From positions 352,001 to 416,000 of the forward strand of contig CAVUKA010000001.1 in NCBI GenBank assembly GCA_963741945.1: 64,000 nt of DNA. The letters run 5' to 3'. The notes beneath the pieces were generated by a model, which saw only the letters and a program-made list of their open reading frames with translations, had not been told where the DNA came from and did not search any database. Both the position numbers and the translations under genes were made by a program. Numbering within the stretch: the stretch's first letter is position 1; every line of letters starts with the position of its first letter. The stretch is from an uncultured Gemmatimonadales bacterium. GTDB taxonomy: Bacteria; Gemmatimonadota; Gemmatimonadetes; Longimicrobiales; RSA9. Positions 19,286 through 28,617 of this stretch are shown here, piece by piece.

Positions 19286-19334
19286 TTGCGTTTCGGGTGC
19301 TGTTCGGTTTACACTGCCTTCGGACTTTATTCGG
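19286..19334 (+). promoter_or_regulatory. lexA promoter (TTGCGT-18-TACACT) with two TTCGG-N6-TTCGG candidate LexA operators
   Basis: -35 at 19286-19291, -10 at 19310-19315; repeats at 19292-19307 and 19319-19334. Confidence 0.7.
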
Positions 19335-19345
19335 AGGCCGCCCGA

Positions 19346-19969
19346 ATGCTGCAACAGAAGAAGCCGCTGACCAAGAGGCAGAAGGAGATCCTCGACTTCA
19401 TCGAGGAGTTCGCCGACACCCACGGCTACGCGCCCAGCTTCGAAGAGATCGCGGATCGCTTCGGATACACCTCGCTCGCCACCGTGCACGAGCACCTGGA
19501 GAATCTGCGGGCGAAGGGGTACATCCGAAAGAGCTACAACGAGAGCCGCTCGATCCAGGTGGTGCCCGAGGAGACCCGGCTGGAAGCGGTGGCGCTGCCG
19601 CTGGTCGGGATGGTGGCCGCCGGGCTGCCGATCGAGGCCGTGGACCAGCAGGATACCGTGGCCGTGCCGGACGAGATGCTGGGGCGGGGCGAGCACTACG
19701 TGCTGCGCGTCCAGGGCAACTCGATGATCGAGGAGCAGATCCGGGATGGCGACTACCTCGTGGTGCGTCACCGTGAGACGGCAGAGAACGGAGACGTGGT
19801 GATCGCGCTGGTGGACCGGGAAGCCGCCACGGTGAAGCGGTTCTACCGGGAGAAGGACGGCCGGGTGCGGCTCCAGCCTGCGAACGAGACCATGGCGCCC
19901 ATGTACTATGGCGCCGACAGGATCCAGGTTCAGGGGGTGGTGATGGGCGTGATGCGGAGGTTCTCGTGA
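19346..19969 (+). CDS. lexA: LexA repressor
   Basis: LTKRQ.EIL..I, SLATVHEHL helix, VAAG cleavage site, GNSM (Ser) and TVKRF (Lys) dyad. Confidence 0.97.
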   Translation: MLQQKKPLTKRQKEILDFIEEFADTHGYAPSFEEIADRFGYTSLATVHEHLENLRAKGYIRKSYNESRSIQVVPEETRLEAVALPLVGMVAAGLPIEAVDQQDTVAVPDEMLGRGEHYVLRVQGNSMIEEQIRDGDYLVVRHRETAENGDVVIALVDREAATVKRFYREKDGRVRLQPANETMAPMYYGADRIQVQGVVMGVMRRFS

Positions 19970-20109
19970 AGCGGAGTGACCGCCCGTTCGTCGTGGGCCG
20001 GCGGACACGCAAGGGCACCATGGTGGTGCTGCTGCCCCGGGCGCCACGGCCCGTGCTGCCCGGCCCCTGGACCGTCCAGGCCGTGATCACACCCGCCCGC
20101 CAGCCCTAG
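19966..20109 (+). CDS. Small basic protein (47 aa) coupled to lexA, not in the ORF track
   Basis: GTGA overlap with the lexA stop, GGAGG 5 nt upstream, 43/47 codons end in G/C. Confidence 0.65.
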   Translation: MKRSDRPFVVGRRTRKGTMVVLLPRAPRPVLPGPWTVQAVITPARQP

Positions 20110-20168
20110 CGCCCGGTCGCACTGCCCGGACATCGCCGTGCCGCCCCGATCTCCGGCACCAGCCCGCG

Positions 20169-21248
20169 CTAGCCCCGCTTCCTCGAAAGGTGCCGCCCGG
20201 TTGCTTTCCGGAGCCGCTCGAGCGCGTCCAGTGCGGCGCCACCGTCCAGCGCTTCGGTGGAACGCTCGATCCCCTGCTCCAGGGACTCGGCCTTTCCGGC
20301 CACGAGCAGCGCCGCCCCGGCATTGAGGAGCACGGCCGCCCGTGCCGCGCCCCTGCGCTCGCCCCGCAAGACATCGAGAATGACGGCCGCGTTGTGGGCG
20401 GGATCGCCGCCCGCGAGGTCGGCTGGATCGGCGTCGCCCAGCCCGAGATCCGCCGGGTCGAGGAGGTAGCGCCGGAGGCGGTTTCCGTGGAGCTCGGCCA
20501 CGTCCGTGGGTCCGAGCGGGCTCAGCTCGTCGAGCCCGGGAACGCCGTGGACGACCATCGCGCGGAGGTGCCCGAGCTCCCGCAGCGCGCCGGCCACCAG
20601 GTCGATGAGCCCCGGGTCGGTGACGCCCACCACCTGCCGTCGTGCGCCGGCCGGGTTCGTCAGCGGCCCGAGGACGTTCATGATCGTGGGCATCCCGAGC
20701 TCCCGACGGATCGGCGCCACGTGTCGCATGGCCGGGTGCAGCAGCGGCGCGAACATGAACACGATCCCCGCCTCCGCCAGGACTTCGGCCATGGCCTCCG
20801 GCTTCAGCTCGATGGCGACGCCGAGCGCTTCCAGCACATCCGCGCTCCCGCACCGGGACGTGAACGATCGGTTGCCGTGCTTCGCGATGCGCACGCCGGC
20901 GCCCGCCGCCAGCAGCGCGGCGGCCGTCGAGATGTTGAACGTGGTGAGCCCGCCGCCCCCGGTCCCGCAGGTGTCCACCAGGGTATCCGGGTCCTCCGCT
21001 TCGACCGGCACCATCGCTTCCCGCAGCGCCCGCACCCCGCCGGCCACTTCCACGGACGTCTCGCCGCGGGTGCGCAGTCCCATCAGCAGGGCGGCGATCT
21101 GGATCTGCGACGCCCGGCCGCCCATCACCTCGTGGAACGCCACACGGGCGTCATCGGCGGACAGCTCCGCGCGCCCCGAGAGGCGGGCGATGAGCTCCTT
21201 CAGCGACGGGCCGGCCTCGATGTCCGGCGGGTTCGGTTCGGTGTGCAT
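20169..21248 (-). CDS. trpD: Anthranilate phosphoribosyltransferase
   Basis: DTCGTGG, FNIST, AKHGNRS..S.CGSADVLEALG, LGPLTNP. Confidence 0.96.
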   Translation of the reverse strand: MHTEPNPPDIEAGPSLKELIARLSGRAELSADDARVAFHEVMGGRASQIQIAALLMGLRTRGETSVEVAGGVRALREAMVPVEAEDPDTLVDTCGTGGGGLTTFNISTAAALLAAGAGVRIAKHGNRSFTSRCGSADVLEALGVAIELKPEAMAEVLAEAGIVFMFAPLLHPAMRHVAPIRRELGMPTIMNVLGPLTNPAGARRQVVGVTDPGLIDLVAGALRELGHLRAMVVHGVPGLDELSPLGPTDVAELHGNRLRRYLLDPADLGLGDADPADLAGGDPAHNAAVILDVLRGERRGAARAAVLLNAGAALLVAGKAESLEQGIERSTEALDGGAALDALERLRKATGRHLSRKRG

Positions 21249-21463
21249 GGCAGGGGGTGGAAACTCCCCGCGCGCGCGGCCGCCGTCAAGGTGGAGAGCC
21301 ATGGAGCGCCGGGCCCCGGGCGTGGGCCGAGGCGGATGGTACGTGCCGGAAGCGCCACGGATGGCGCCGCCGCTCCTGGCGGAACTCTTCCCGGCGGTGC
21401 CCATCTTGCAACGTTTCACCGGCATGCAGGCGCGAGTGAACAGCAGCATGAAGGAGGCTGACA

Positions 21464-21763
21464 ATGCCGGAAGCATGGTCGAACAAGGACGAGCGGATGT
21501 ACGAGCACGTCAAGGAGAGCGAGCGCGACAAGGGACGCTCGAAGGACCGTGCGAAGGAGATCGCCGCCCGGACCGTGAACAAGCAGCGTCGCGAGGCGGG
21601 CCGTACGCCGAACAAGACCACGCAGGGCACGGGGAACCCGACCCACTCGCTGGATGATCGGACGAAGGACGAGCTCTACAACCGGGCGAAGGAGCTGGAC
21701 ATCGACGGCCGGAGCAAGATGAACAAGGACGAGCTGGTGAAAGCGATCCGCCGCAAGGAGTAG
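21464..21763 (+). CDS. Small charged protein with C-terminal Rho-N-like domain
   Basis: ER.YEH.K.S...A.EIAARTVNK and TKDELY..AKELDI.GRSKM.KDELV.AI; AAGGAGG RBS. Confidence 0.8.
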   Translation: MPEAWSNKDERMYEHVKESERDKGRSKDRAKEIAARTVNKQRREAGRTPNKTTQGTGNPTHSLDDRTKDELYNRAKELDIDGRSKMNKDELVKAIRRKE

Positions 21764-21850
21764 CGGCTCGGGTCACCGGACGGTGGTACGGACCGGTCCG
21801 TAGGCACCGCCGCGCGGGCGGGCGCGGATTTCCGGCCGCGCGGGCGGCGA

Positions 21851-21892
21851 GGATGGGTAGCTCGGGATGGGTAGCTCGGGATGGGTAGCTCG
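21851..21892 (+). repeat. Tandem repeat (GGATGGGTAGCTCG)x3
   Basis: Three exact 14-bp copies just upstream of truA. Confidence 0.95.
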
Positions 21893-21920
21893 GCGACGGG
21901 TGGGGCCGTAGCTTGAGCCC

Positions 21921-22742
21921 GTGCCAACAGAACCCACCCGGCTGCGCCTGACGCTGCACTACGACGGCTCCGGCTTTCACGGATGGCAGGTCCAGCCGGA
22001 CCAGCGAACGGTGCAGGGCGAGCTCGACGCGGCGCTGTCCCGGCTGGCGGACCGGCCCGTCACGAGCGTGGGCGCGGGCCGGACGGATACCGGGGTGCAC
22101 GCCCTTGGACAGGTGGTCCATGTCGCCATGCCTGCGTCGTGGACACCGGCGGGGGTGAAACGGTCGCTGAACGCAATTCTCCCGGGCGATATCTGGGTGG
22201 CGGAAGCCGCCGCGGTGTCGCCCGCTTTTCACGCCCGTTATAGTGCCATCGCGCGCGGCTACGTGTATCGCGTGGGGACCACCCCGGCATCGCGGTCTCC
22301 GTTCCGGGCACCCTGGTGCTGGCCGCTGGCCGAGACGCCGGACCGCGCGCTCCTGGATGCGGGGGCGGCCGCGATCGCGGGGGAGCACTCGTTCCGCGGC
22401 TACGCCAAGGCGGGGCAACCGGAACGGGGGTACCGCTGTACGGTACTGCGCTCCGGGTGGCGGGAGTGGCCGGGTGGCGTGGAGTTCCAGGTGGTGGCGA
22501 ACCGATTCCTGCATCACATGGTGCGTTATCTGGTGGGCACCATGGTGGACGCGGCGCGAGGACGTCGGCCGCTCGAGGACGTAGGAGGCCTCCTGGAGGA
22601 GGCGAGGCTGGTGACGGAAACGAACCCCCACGGGTTGGAGACCAGCCCCCCGGCGCCACCGGAGGGATTGTTCCTGGCCCGGGTGTACTACGGCGAGAGC
22701 GAACTCAGCGAAAAGGCGTGGACGCATGAAGATCTTCCTTGA
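21921..22742 (+). CDS. truA: tRNA pseudouridine(38-40) synthase
   Basis: [32 protein letters not shown]. Confidence 0.96.
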   Translation: MPTEPTRLRLTLHYDGSGFHGWQVQPDQRTVQGELDAALSRLADRPVTSVGAGRTDTGVHALGQVVHVAMPASWTPAGVKRSLNAILPGDIWVAEAAAVSPAFHARYSAIARGYVYRVGTTPASRSPFRAPWCWPLAETPDRALLDAGAAAIAGEHSFRGYAKAGQPERGYRCTVLRSGWREWPGGVEFQVVANRFLHHMVRYLVGTMVDAARGRRPLEDVGGLLEEARLVTETNPHGLETSPPAPPEGLFLARVYYGESELSEKAWTHEDLP

Positions 22743-23394
22743 TACGGCAGACCTGTCCGAGATCCGGCGGGCGGCGGACGCCGGCCTGATCGACGGAATC
22801 ACCACCAACCCGTCGCTGCTGTCGAAAGCGGCCGGGAGCGAAGGCCACCCGCGGGAGATCCTGGAAGAGATCTGCCGGACCGTACCGGGCCCGATCAGCG
22901 CCGAAGTAGTGGGCACGGACGCGGAGACAATGGTGCGGGAAGGGAAGAAGCTGGCGGCCATCGCGGACAACATCGTGGTGAAGGTGCCACTGACGGAGGG
23001 CGGCCTCGTCGCGTGCCGAAAGCTCCGGGCCGAGGGCATCAACGTGAATGTCACCCTGTGCTTCTCGCCGACGCAGGCGCTGCTGGCGGCGAAGGCGGAC
23101 GCAACCTACATCTCGCCGTTCGTGGGGCGGCTGGACGACATCTCCAGTGAGGGGATGGAGCTGATCCGGCAGATCCGCCTGATCTACGACAACTACGGTT
23201 TCGACACCGAGATCCTGGTGGCGTCGATCCGGCACCCGCAGCACGTGGTGGAGTCCGCGCTCATGGGCGCGGACGTGGGGACCATGCCCCCGAAAGTGCT
23301 CTGGCAGCTTCTGGAGCATCCGTTGACGGAAAAGGGCCTGGCGGCGTTTCTGGCGGACTGGGACCGGCTCCCGGAAGATCGGCGCGTGATCTGA
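22726..23394 (+). CDS. tal: Transaldolase / fructose-6-phosphate aldolase family
   Basis: [34 protein letters not shown]. Confidence 0.9.
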   Translation: MKIFLDTADLSEIRRAADAGLIDGITTNPSLLSKAAGSEGHPREILEEICRTVPGPISAEVVGTDAETMVREGKKLAAIADNIVVKVPLTEGGLVACRKLRAEGINVNVTLCFSPTQALLAAKADATYISPFVGRLDDISSEGMELIRQIRLIYDNYGFDTEILVASIRHPQHVVESALMGADVGTMPPKVLWQLLEHPLTEKGLAAFLADWDRLPEDRRVI

Positions 23395-23410
23395 GCGGAG
23401 GGATCGTCGC

Positions 23411-24862
23411 ATGGGGAGAATCCCCGCATTTCTGCTGACGGGCCTGCTGTTCGCCGCGGTGGCGTGCAGCGAGCCGCCGTCGGCGGACGCGGCACCGACC
23501 GCGTTCCTGGACCAGGAGCCGGGGGCGAGGCAGCCGGGGCGGACGCTGGCGGAGCGGCAGGAGAACGTGGATGCGTCGCGCCGCACGGCGATCGTGGAAG
23601 CGGCGGAGCGGGTCGCGCCGGCCGTGGTCAGTGTGAACGTGATCCGGCGGGAGCGGGTGCAGCCGCGCTCCTGGTACGACCAGCTGTTCCTCCCGCCCGG
23701 CGCGGAGCGGCGGGTGCAGGGGCTGGGCTCGGGCTTCATCATCCACCCCGACGGGCTGGTGCTGACGAACGACCACGTGGTCCACGGCGCCAGCCAGATC
23801 GTGGTCACGCTGGCGGACGGGACCGACTACGGCGCGGAGCTGGTGGGCACGGATGAAGTCAACGACCTGGCGCTGCTCCGGCTGAAGACGGACGGCAAGG
23901 CGCTGCCCGTGGCGCCGCTCGGCCGCTCCGACGACCTGCTCATCGGCGAGTGGGTGGTGGCCATCGGCAACCCGTTCGGATACCTCCTGTCCAACACCGA
24001 GCCCACCGTGACCGCGGGCGTGGTGAGCGGCGTGCGCCGGAACATCATCCCGACGCAGGAGGACGAGAACCAGGGATACTACCTGGGCATGATCCAGACG
24101 GACGCGTCCATCAATCCGGGGAACTCCGGCGGACCGCTGGTGAACGCGAAAGGTGAGGTCATCGGGGTGAACTCCTCCATCTTCTCCCGCAGCGGTGGAA
24201 GCGAGGGACTTGGTTTCGCCATCCCCATCGACCGCGCCCGGCGGGTGGTCCTGGAGCTCGTCGACCATGGCGAGATCCAGCGGCCGTGGACCGGGCTGGA
24301 GCTGGAGCCGGCCAATCCCAACCAGTTCGGGCGCAGCCGGGAAGTGAAGGTGGCCCGCGTCGCCCCCGGCTCACCGGCGCAGAAGGCCGCCCTCAGGGCG
24401 GGTGAAGTGGTGCGCAGCGTGAACGGGCGGACGCTGCGGACGCCCCTGGACTGGGAGGCCGCCATGCTCGAGGTGGGCGTGGGCGACACGCTGCGCGTGG
24501 GAGTGGGCGACAGCGGAGAGCGAACGGTGCAGCTGGTCTCGGCCGATCTCCCGTCGATCTCCGCGGAGCGGGTGAACGCGCTCCAGGAGTTCGAGCTGGT
24601 CACGCTCACACCGGCCATCCAGAGCGAGCGCGGCCTCAGCAATGACCACGGGGCTCTCATCGTCAATGTCAGCGACAACGTCCGACGGACGCTGGGGCTG
24701 CGGCCGGGGGACCTGATCGTGGCCATCAACCGGTACGCCGTGCGCTCGGCGGAAGAGGCGGCGGACCTGCTGCGACAAATCCAGGACACCCCCGGCCGCG
24801 TGCCCGTGCGGATGCTGGTGGAGCGGTCGGGACGGGAGTTCTACACCGGGTTCCTGCTCTGA
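23411..24862 (+). CDS. HtrA/DegP-like serine protease with PDZ domains (lipoprotein)
   Basis: GSGFII, TNDHVV, QTDASINPGNSGGPL; lipobox AVAC. Confidence 0.92.
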   Translation: MGRIPAFLLTGLLFAAVACSEPPSADAAPTAFLDQEPGARQPGRTLAERQENVDASRRTAIVEAAERVAPAVVSVNVIRRERVQPRSWYDQLFLPPGAERRVQGLGSGFIIHPDGLVLTNDHVVHGASQIVVTLADGTDYGAELVGTDEVNDLALLRLKTDGKALPVAPLGRSDDLLIGEWVVAIGNPFGYLLSNTEPTVTAGVVSGVRRNIIPTQEDENQGYYLGMIQTDASINPGNSGGPLVNAKGEVIGVNSSIFSRSGGSEGLGFAIPIDRARRVVLELVDHGEIQRPWTGLELEPANPNQFGRSREVKVARVAPGSPAQKAALRAGEVVRSVNGRTLRTPLDWEAAMLEVGVGDTLRVGVGDSGERTVQLVSADLPSISAERVNALQEFELVTLTPAIQSERGLSNDHGALIVNVSDNVRRTLGLRPGDLIVAINRYAVRSAEEAADLLRQIQDTPGRVPVRMLVERSGREFYTGFLL

Positions 24863-26352
24863 TGGAGGCCCCATTGGACGACACGCGCGACCTGCTGGAA
24901 CAGCTGGCGGCAGCAGAGCCGGACGCCGGGACCGCGTACAGGAACCCGCTCATCGAGCGCTACGCTTCGCGGGAGATGAGCCGGATCTTCTCCCCCGCGT
25001 TCAAGTTCGGCATGTGGCGACGGCTGTGGCTCGCGCTGGCGGAGTCGGAGAAGGCGCTGGGGCTGCCGATCCCGGACGAGGCGACCGCCCAGATGCGGGC
25101 GCATCTCGACGACATCGACCTGGAGGCCGCGGCCGCGCACGAGCGTCGACTGAAGCACGACGTGATGGCGCACGTCCATCACTTCGGCGACGTGGCCCCC
25201 GCCGCCCGCCCGTTCATCCACCTGGGCGCCACCAGCGCCTTCGTCACGGACAACACCGAGCTCATCCAGCAGCGGGAAGCGCTGCGCCTCGTGCGACGCA
25301 GGCTCCTCGCCTGCATCGCCGCCCTCGCCCGCTTCGCCCGGGACCACCGCGCGCTCCCGACCCTCGGGTTCACCCACTTCCAGCCGGCGCAGCCCACCAC
25401 CGTCGGGAAGCGGGCCGCGCTCTGGCTGCAGGACCTCGTGCTGGACCTGGAGGAAGTGGACCACCGGCTCGGGACGCTGCGCGCCCGGGGGATCCGCGGC
25501 GCCACCGGCACACAGGCGTCCTTCCTGGAGCTGTTCTCCGGTGATCACGGGAAAGTCGACGCGCTCCAGCAGCGCGTCTGCGAGCGCCTCGGGTTCGACG
25601 AGGCGTACTGGGTCACCGGCCAGACCTATCCACGGAAAGTGGACTACGCCACGCTCTCGACACTCGCAGGGATCGGCACGACCACGTCCAAGTTCGCCCA
25701 CGACATCCGACTCCTTGCGCACCTCCGGGAAGTGGAGGAGCCGTTCGAGGCGTCGCAGATCGGGTCATCGGCCATGCCGTACAAGCGGAATCCGATGCGC
25801 GCGGAGCGGATCACCGGGCTGGCCCGTCACCTCATCACACTCTCCATCGATGCCGGGTTCACGGCCGCGACACAGTGGTTCGAGCGCACGCTGGACGACT
25901 CGGCCAATCGGCGCATCGCGCTGGCGGAAGCGTACCTGACGGCGGATGCCGTGTTGCTCCTGGCCCACAACGTGGCCGCGGGGCTGGTGGTCCGGCCGGA
26001 CGTCATCCGCCGGCGGCTCGAGCAGGAGATCCCGTTCCTGGCCACGGAGGCGATCCTGATGCACGCGGTGAAACGCGGTGGTGACCGGCAGGACCTGCAC
26101 GAGCGCATCCGCCAGCACTCGGTGGCCGCCGCCGACCGGCTGAAGGAGCGGGGAGATGAGAACGACCTGCCGGGTCGCATCGCCGGTGACCCGGCGTTCG
26201 AGATGACGGAGGCGGAAGTGCGCGGGATCCTCGACCCGAAGCTGCACGTGGGACGCTCGGCCGAGCAGGTCGAGGCGTTCCTGGTGGAGATCCGCCCGAT
26301 CCTGGAGGAGGCCACCGCCACGGCGGACGCCACGCCGGAGCTGCGGGCGTGA
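24862..26352 (+). CDS. purB: Adenylosuccinate lyase
   Basis: HDVMAH, IHLGATS, GFTHFQPAQ, GSSAMPYKRNP. Confidence 0.96.
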   Translation: MEAPLDDTRDLLEQLAAAEPDAGTAYRNPLIERYASREMSRIFSPAFKFGMWRRLWLALAESEKALGLPIPDEATAQMRAHLDDIDLEAAAAHERRLKHDVMAHVHHFGDVAPAARPFIHLGATSAFVTDNTELIQQREALRLVRRRLLACIAALARFARDHRALPTLGFTHFQPAQPTTVGKRAALWLQDLVLDLEEVDHRLGTLRARGIRGATGTQASFLELFSGDHGKVDALQQRVCERLGFDEAYWVTGQTYPRKVDYATLSTLAGIGTTTSKFAHDIRLLAHLREVEEPFEASQIGSSAMPYKRNPMRAERITGLARHLITLSIDAGFTAATQWFERTLDDSANRRIALAEAYLTADAVLLLAHNVAAGLVVRPDVIRRRLEQEIPFLATEAILMHAVKRGGDRQDLHERIRQHSVAAADRLKERGDENDLPGRIAGDPAFEMTEAEVRGILDPKLHVGRSAEQVEAFLVEIRPILEEATATADATPELRA

Positions 26353-27266
26353 GGCCACCGCTGGAGCGCTCCGACCTCCCCTTCCCCCTCGTCACCCGTG
26401 GCAAGGTGCGGGAGATGTACGACATGGGTGGGGACCGGCTGCTCATGGTGGCCTCGGACCGGCTGAGCGCGTTCGATGTGATCATGGCGCAGCCGATCCC
26501 GCGGAAGGGAGAGGTCCTCACGGCCGTGACCGTGTGGTGGCTCGAGCAGCTGGGCGACCTGGTGGAGAGCCACCTGATCGCCAGTGAGCCGGACGCGATC
26601 ATCGCGGCAGTGCCCGCGCTGGCGGGAACGCGCGGGGAGTGGGCGGGGCGGAGTCTGCTGGTGCGCCGCACGTCGCCGATCCCGGTGGAGTGCGTGGTGC
26701 GGGGCTACATCGCGGGCTCGGCATGGGCGGAGTACCGCGAGCACGGCACGCTGGCCGGTGAGCCGCTCCCGGCGGGGCTGCGGCAGTCGGCCCGCCTCGA
26801 TCCGCCGATCTTCTCGCCTGCGACGAAGGCCGGCCACGGCCATGATGAGAACATCACGTTCGACGCCATGGCCAACCTTCTCGGGCGCGCGCTGGCCGGC
26901 CGGCTGCGGGAGCTGAGCATGGATGTGTACGGCCGGGGCCGTGAGCTCGCGGCGGAGCGCGGGATCATCCTGGCGGACACGAAGCTGGAGTTCGGCCTCG
27001 CCGGGGACCGGCTGCTCCTGATCGACGAGGTGATGACGCCGGACTCGTCCCGGTTCTGGCCGGAGGAGAGCTATGGCGCCGGACGCTCGCAGCCGTCGCT
27101 CGACAAGCAGCCCGTGCGCGACTACCTCGACGCGTTGACGCGGGACGGGCGGTGGAACAAGACGCCGCCGCCGCCCCGGCTCCCCGAGGACGTGGTGGCG
27201 GCCACCACGCAGCGCTACCTGGAGGTGCACCGGCGGCTGACGGGGCGGGAGCTCCCGAAGTGGTGA
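26349..27266 (+). CDS. purC: SAICAR synthetase
   Basis: RGKVR, SDRLSAFD, ECVVRGY, ADTKLEFG, DEVMTPDSSRFW. Confidence 0.97.
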   Translation: MRPPLERSDLPFPLVTRGKVREMYDMGGDRLLMVASDRLSAFDVIMAQPIPRKGEVLTAVTVWWLEQLGDLVESHLIASEPDAIIAAVPALAGTRGEWAGRSLLVRRTSPIPVECVVRGYIAGSAWAEYREHGTLAGEPLPAGLRQSARLDPPIFSPATKAGHGHDENITFDAMANLLGRALAGRLRELSMDVYGRGRELAAERGIILADTKLEFGLAGDRLLLIDEVMTPDSSRFWPEESYGAGRSQPSLDKQPVRDYLDALTRDGRWNKTPPPPRLPEDVVAATTQRYLEVHRRLTGRELPKW

Positions 27267-27436
27267 GCCCGCAGCTCGATGCCACGGGTGAGATCCTCTT
27301 CCTGGCGCTGGTCGGGGCCGCCGTGGTGGTGACGCTGGTGGCCGTCCGACTCGGCCGCTGGCCGCTCTGGCTGCTGGGCTACGGGCTCACACTGGCGGCG
27401 CTCGCCGTGACCTTCTTCTTCCGGGAGGGAGCGTGA
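27263..27436 (+). CDS. 57-aa two-TM protein resembling the N-terminal anchor of phosphatidylserine decarboxylase
   Basis: GTGA overlaps at both ends (purC stop, pssA start); ends ...AVTFFFREGA. Confidence 0.6.
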   Translation: MSPQLDATGEILFLALVGAAVVVTLVAVRLGRWPLWLLGYGLTLAALAVTFFFREGA

Positions 27437-28317
27437 ATCCCGCACGACGGCTGCAGGGCGGCGTGATCATCATTCCGAGCGCGCTCACGCTCGGAAACCT
27501 CTTCTTCGGCGTGTGGGCCATCGTGGCGGCATCGCGCGGCGCTTTCGCCACCGCCGCGTGGCTGGTGGTGCTGGCGGGCGTGGCGGATACACTGGACGGC
27601 CGCGTGGCCCGGATCACGCAGACCGGGAGCCGGTTCGGCGCGGAGCTGGACTCGCTCGTCGACGCCATCAGCTTCGGCGTCGCGCCCGCCCTGGTCATCT
27701 ACTACCTGGTCCTGGCGGATGGCGGTTGGGGATGGATCGTCTCCTTCGTCTACATCACGGGCGCCGTGGTCCGGCTCGCGCGCTTCAACGTGGAACAGGC
27801 GGGCCACGCGAAGGTGGCGTTCCACGGGCTCCCCTCCCCCGCATTGGGGATGACGCTCGCCACCTACTACCCGTTCAGCCAGACCGCCTTCTTTCACCAG
27901 TACCTGGGCGGCCTCCCGTGGAGCAACATCATGACCACGCTCATGCTGGGCCTGGCCATGCTCATGATGAGTCACGTGCTCTACCCGGTCGTGCCGAAGT
28001 TCGGGTTCCGCACCCTGAAAGGGGTCCTCGCGCTCGTCTTCCTCCTCGCGGTGGTGACGGCCGCGTTCACGGTGCCCTCGCTCTTCTTCTTCCCCGCCCT
28101 TCTCGCCTACGTGGCGTACGGGATGCTGAAAGCCACGGTCCTCGGGTTCTTCGAGCGGCTCCCCGACCGGGACCTGCTGCTGGACACGGAGGAAGAGGAC
28201 GAAGCGGATGCCGAGATCCGGCAGATCGACTACAATGAGCTCACACCGCCCCGGCGGCTGTGGTGGCCCGGGCGCGGCGAGCGTCGGTCTCAGGAAGAGC
28301 GGAAGCACGACCATTAG
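27433..28317 (+). CDS. pssA: CDP-diacylglycerol--serine O-phosphatidyltransferase
   Basis: D.LDGRVAR...S.FGAELDSLVD.ISFGVAP, RLARFN. Confidence 0.9.
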   Translation: MNPARRLQGGVIIIPSALTLGNLFFGVWAIVAASRGAFATAAWLVVLAGVADTLDGRVARITQTGSRFGAELDSLVDAISFGVAPALVIYYLVLADGGWGWIVSFVYITGAVVRLARFNVEQAGHAKVAFHGLPSPALGMTLATYYPFSQTAFFHQYLGGLPWSNIMTTLMLGLAMLMMSHVLYPVVPKFGFRTLKGVLALVFLLAVVTAAFTVPSLFFFPALLAYVAYGMLKATVLGFFERLPDRDLLLDTEEEDEADAEIRQIDYNELTPPRRLWWPGRGERRSQEERKHDH

Positions 28318-28359
28318 ATCCGACGCCTTGCGAACCACGGAAACCGAACCGGGAGAACC

Positions 28360-28617
28360 GTGATCGAGTACAGCGTGGAAGTCAGGGTGACCCCCCGCGC
28401 GGGGCTGCTGGACCCCGAGGGCAAAGCGGTGGAGCACGCCCTTCGATCGCTCGGCTTCAGCGGAGCGGAACACGTGCGCATCGGGCGCCTCATCCGCATG
28501 GAGCTCAGCGCCGCCAGTGAGGCGGAAGCGCGCAGTCGCGCCGACGAGATGTGCCGGAAGCTCCTGGCCAATCCCGTCACGGAGGACTACGCGATATCCC
28601 TCACGGAGGCGTCGTAA
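28360..28617 (+). CDS. purS: FGAM synthase subunit PurS
   Basis: [18 protein letters not shown]. Confidence 0.95.
   Translation: MIEYSVEVRVTPRAGLLDPEGKAVEHALRSLGFSGAEHVRIGRLIRMELSAASEAEARSRADEMCRKLLANPVTEDYAISLTEAS

Noticed and set aside
21395-21410. Possible sigma54 promoter CGGTGC-N5-TTGCA before the Rho-N-like gene
   Set aside because: GG/GC spacing is right but the -24 element is degenerate; too weak to call in GC-rich DNA.
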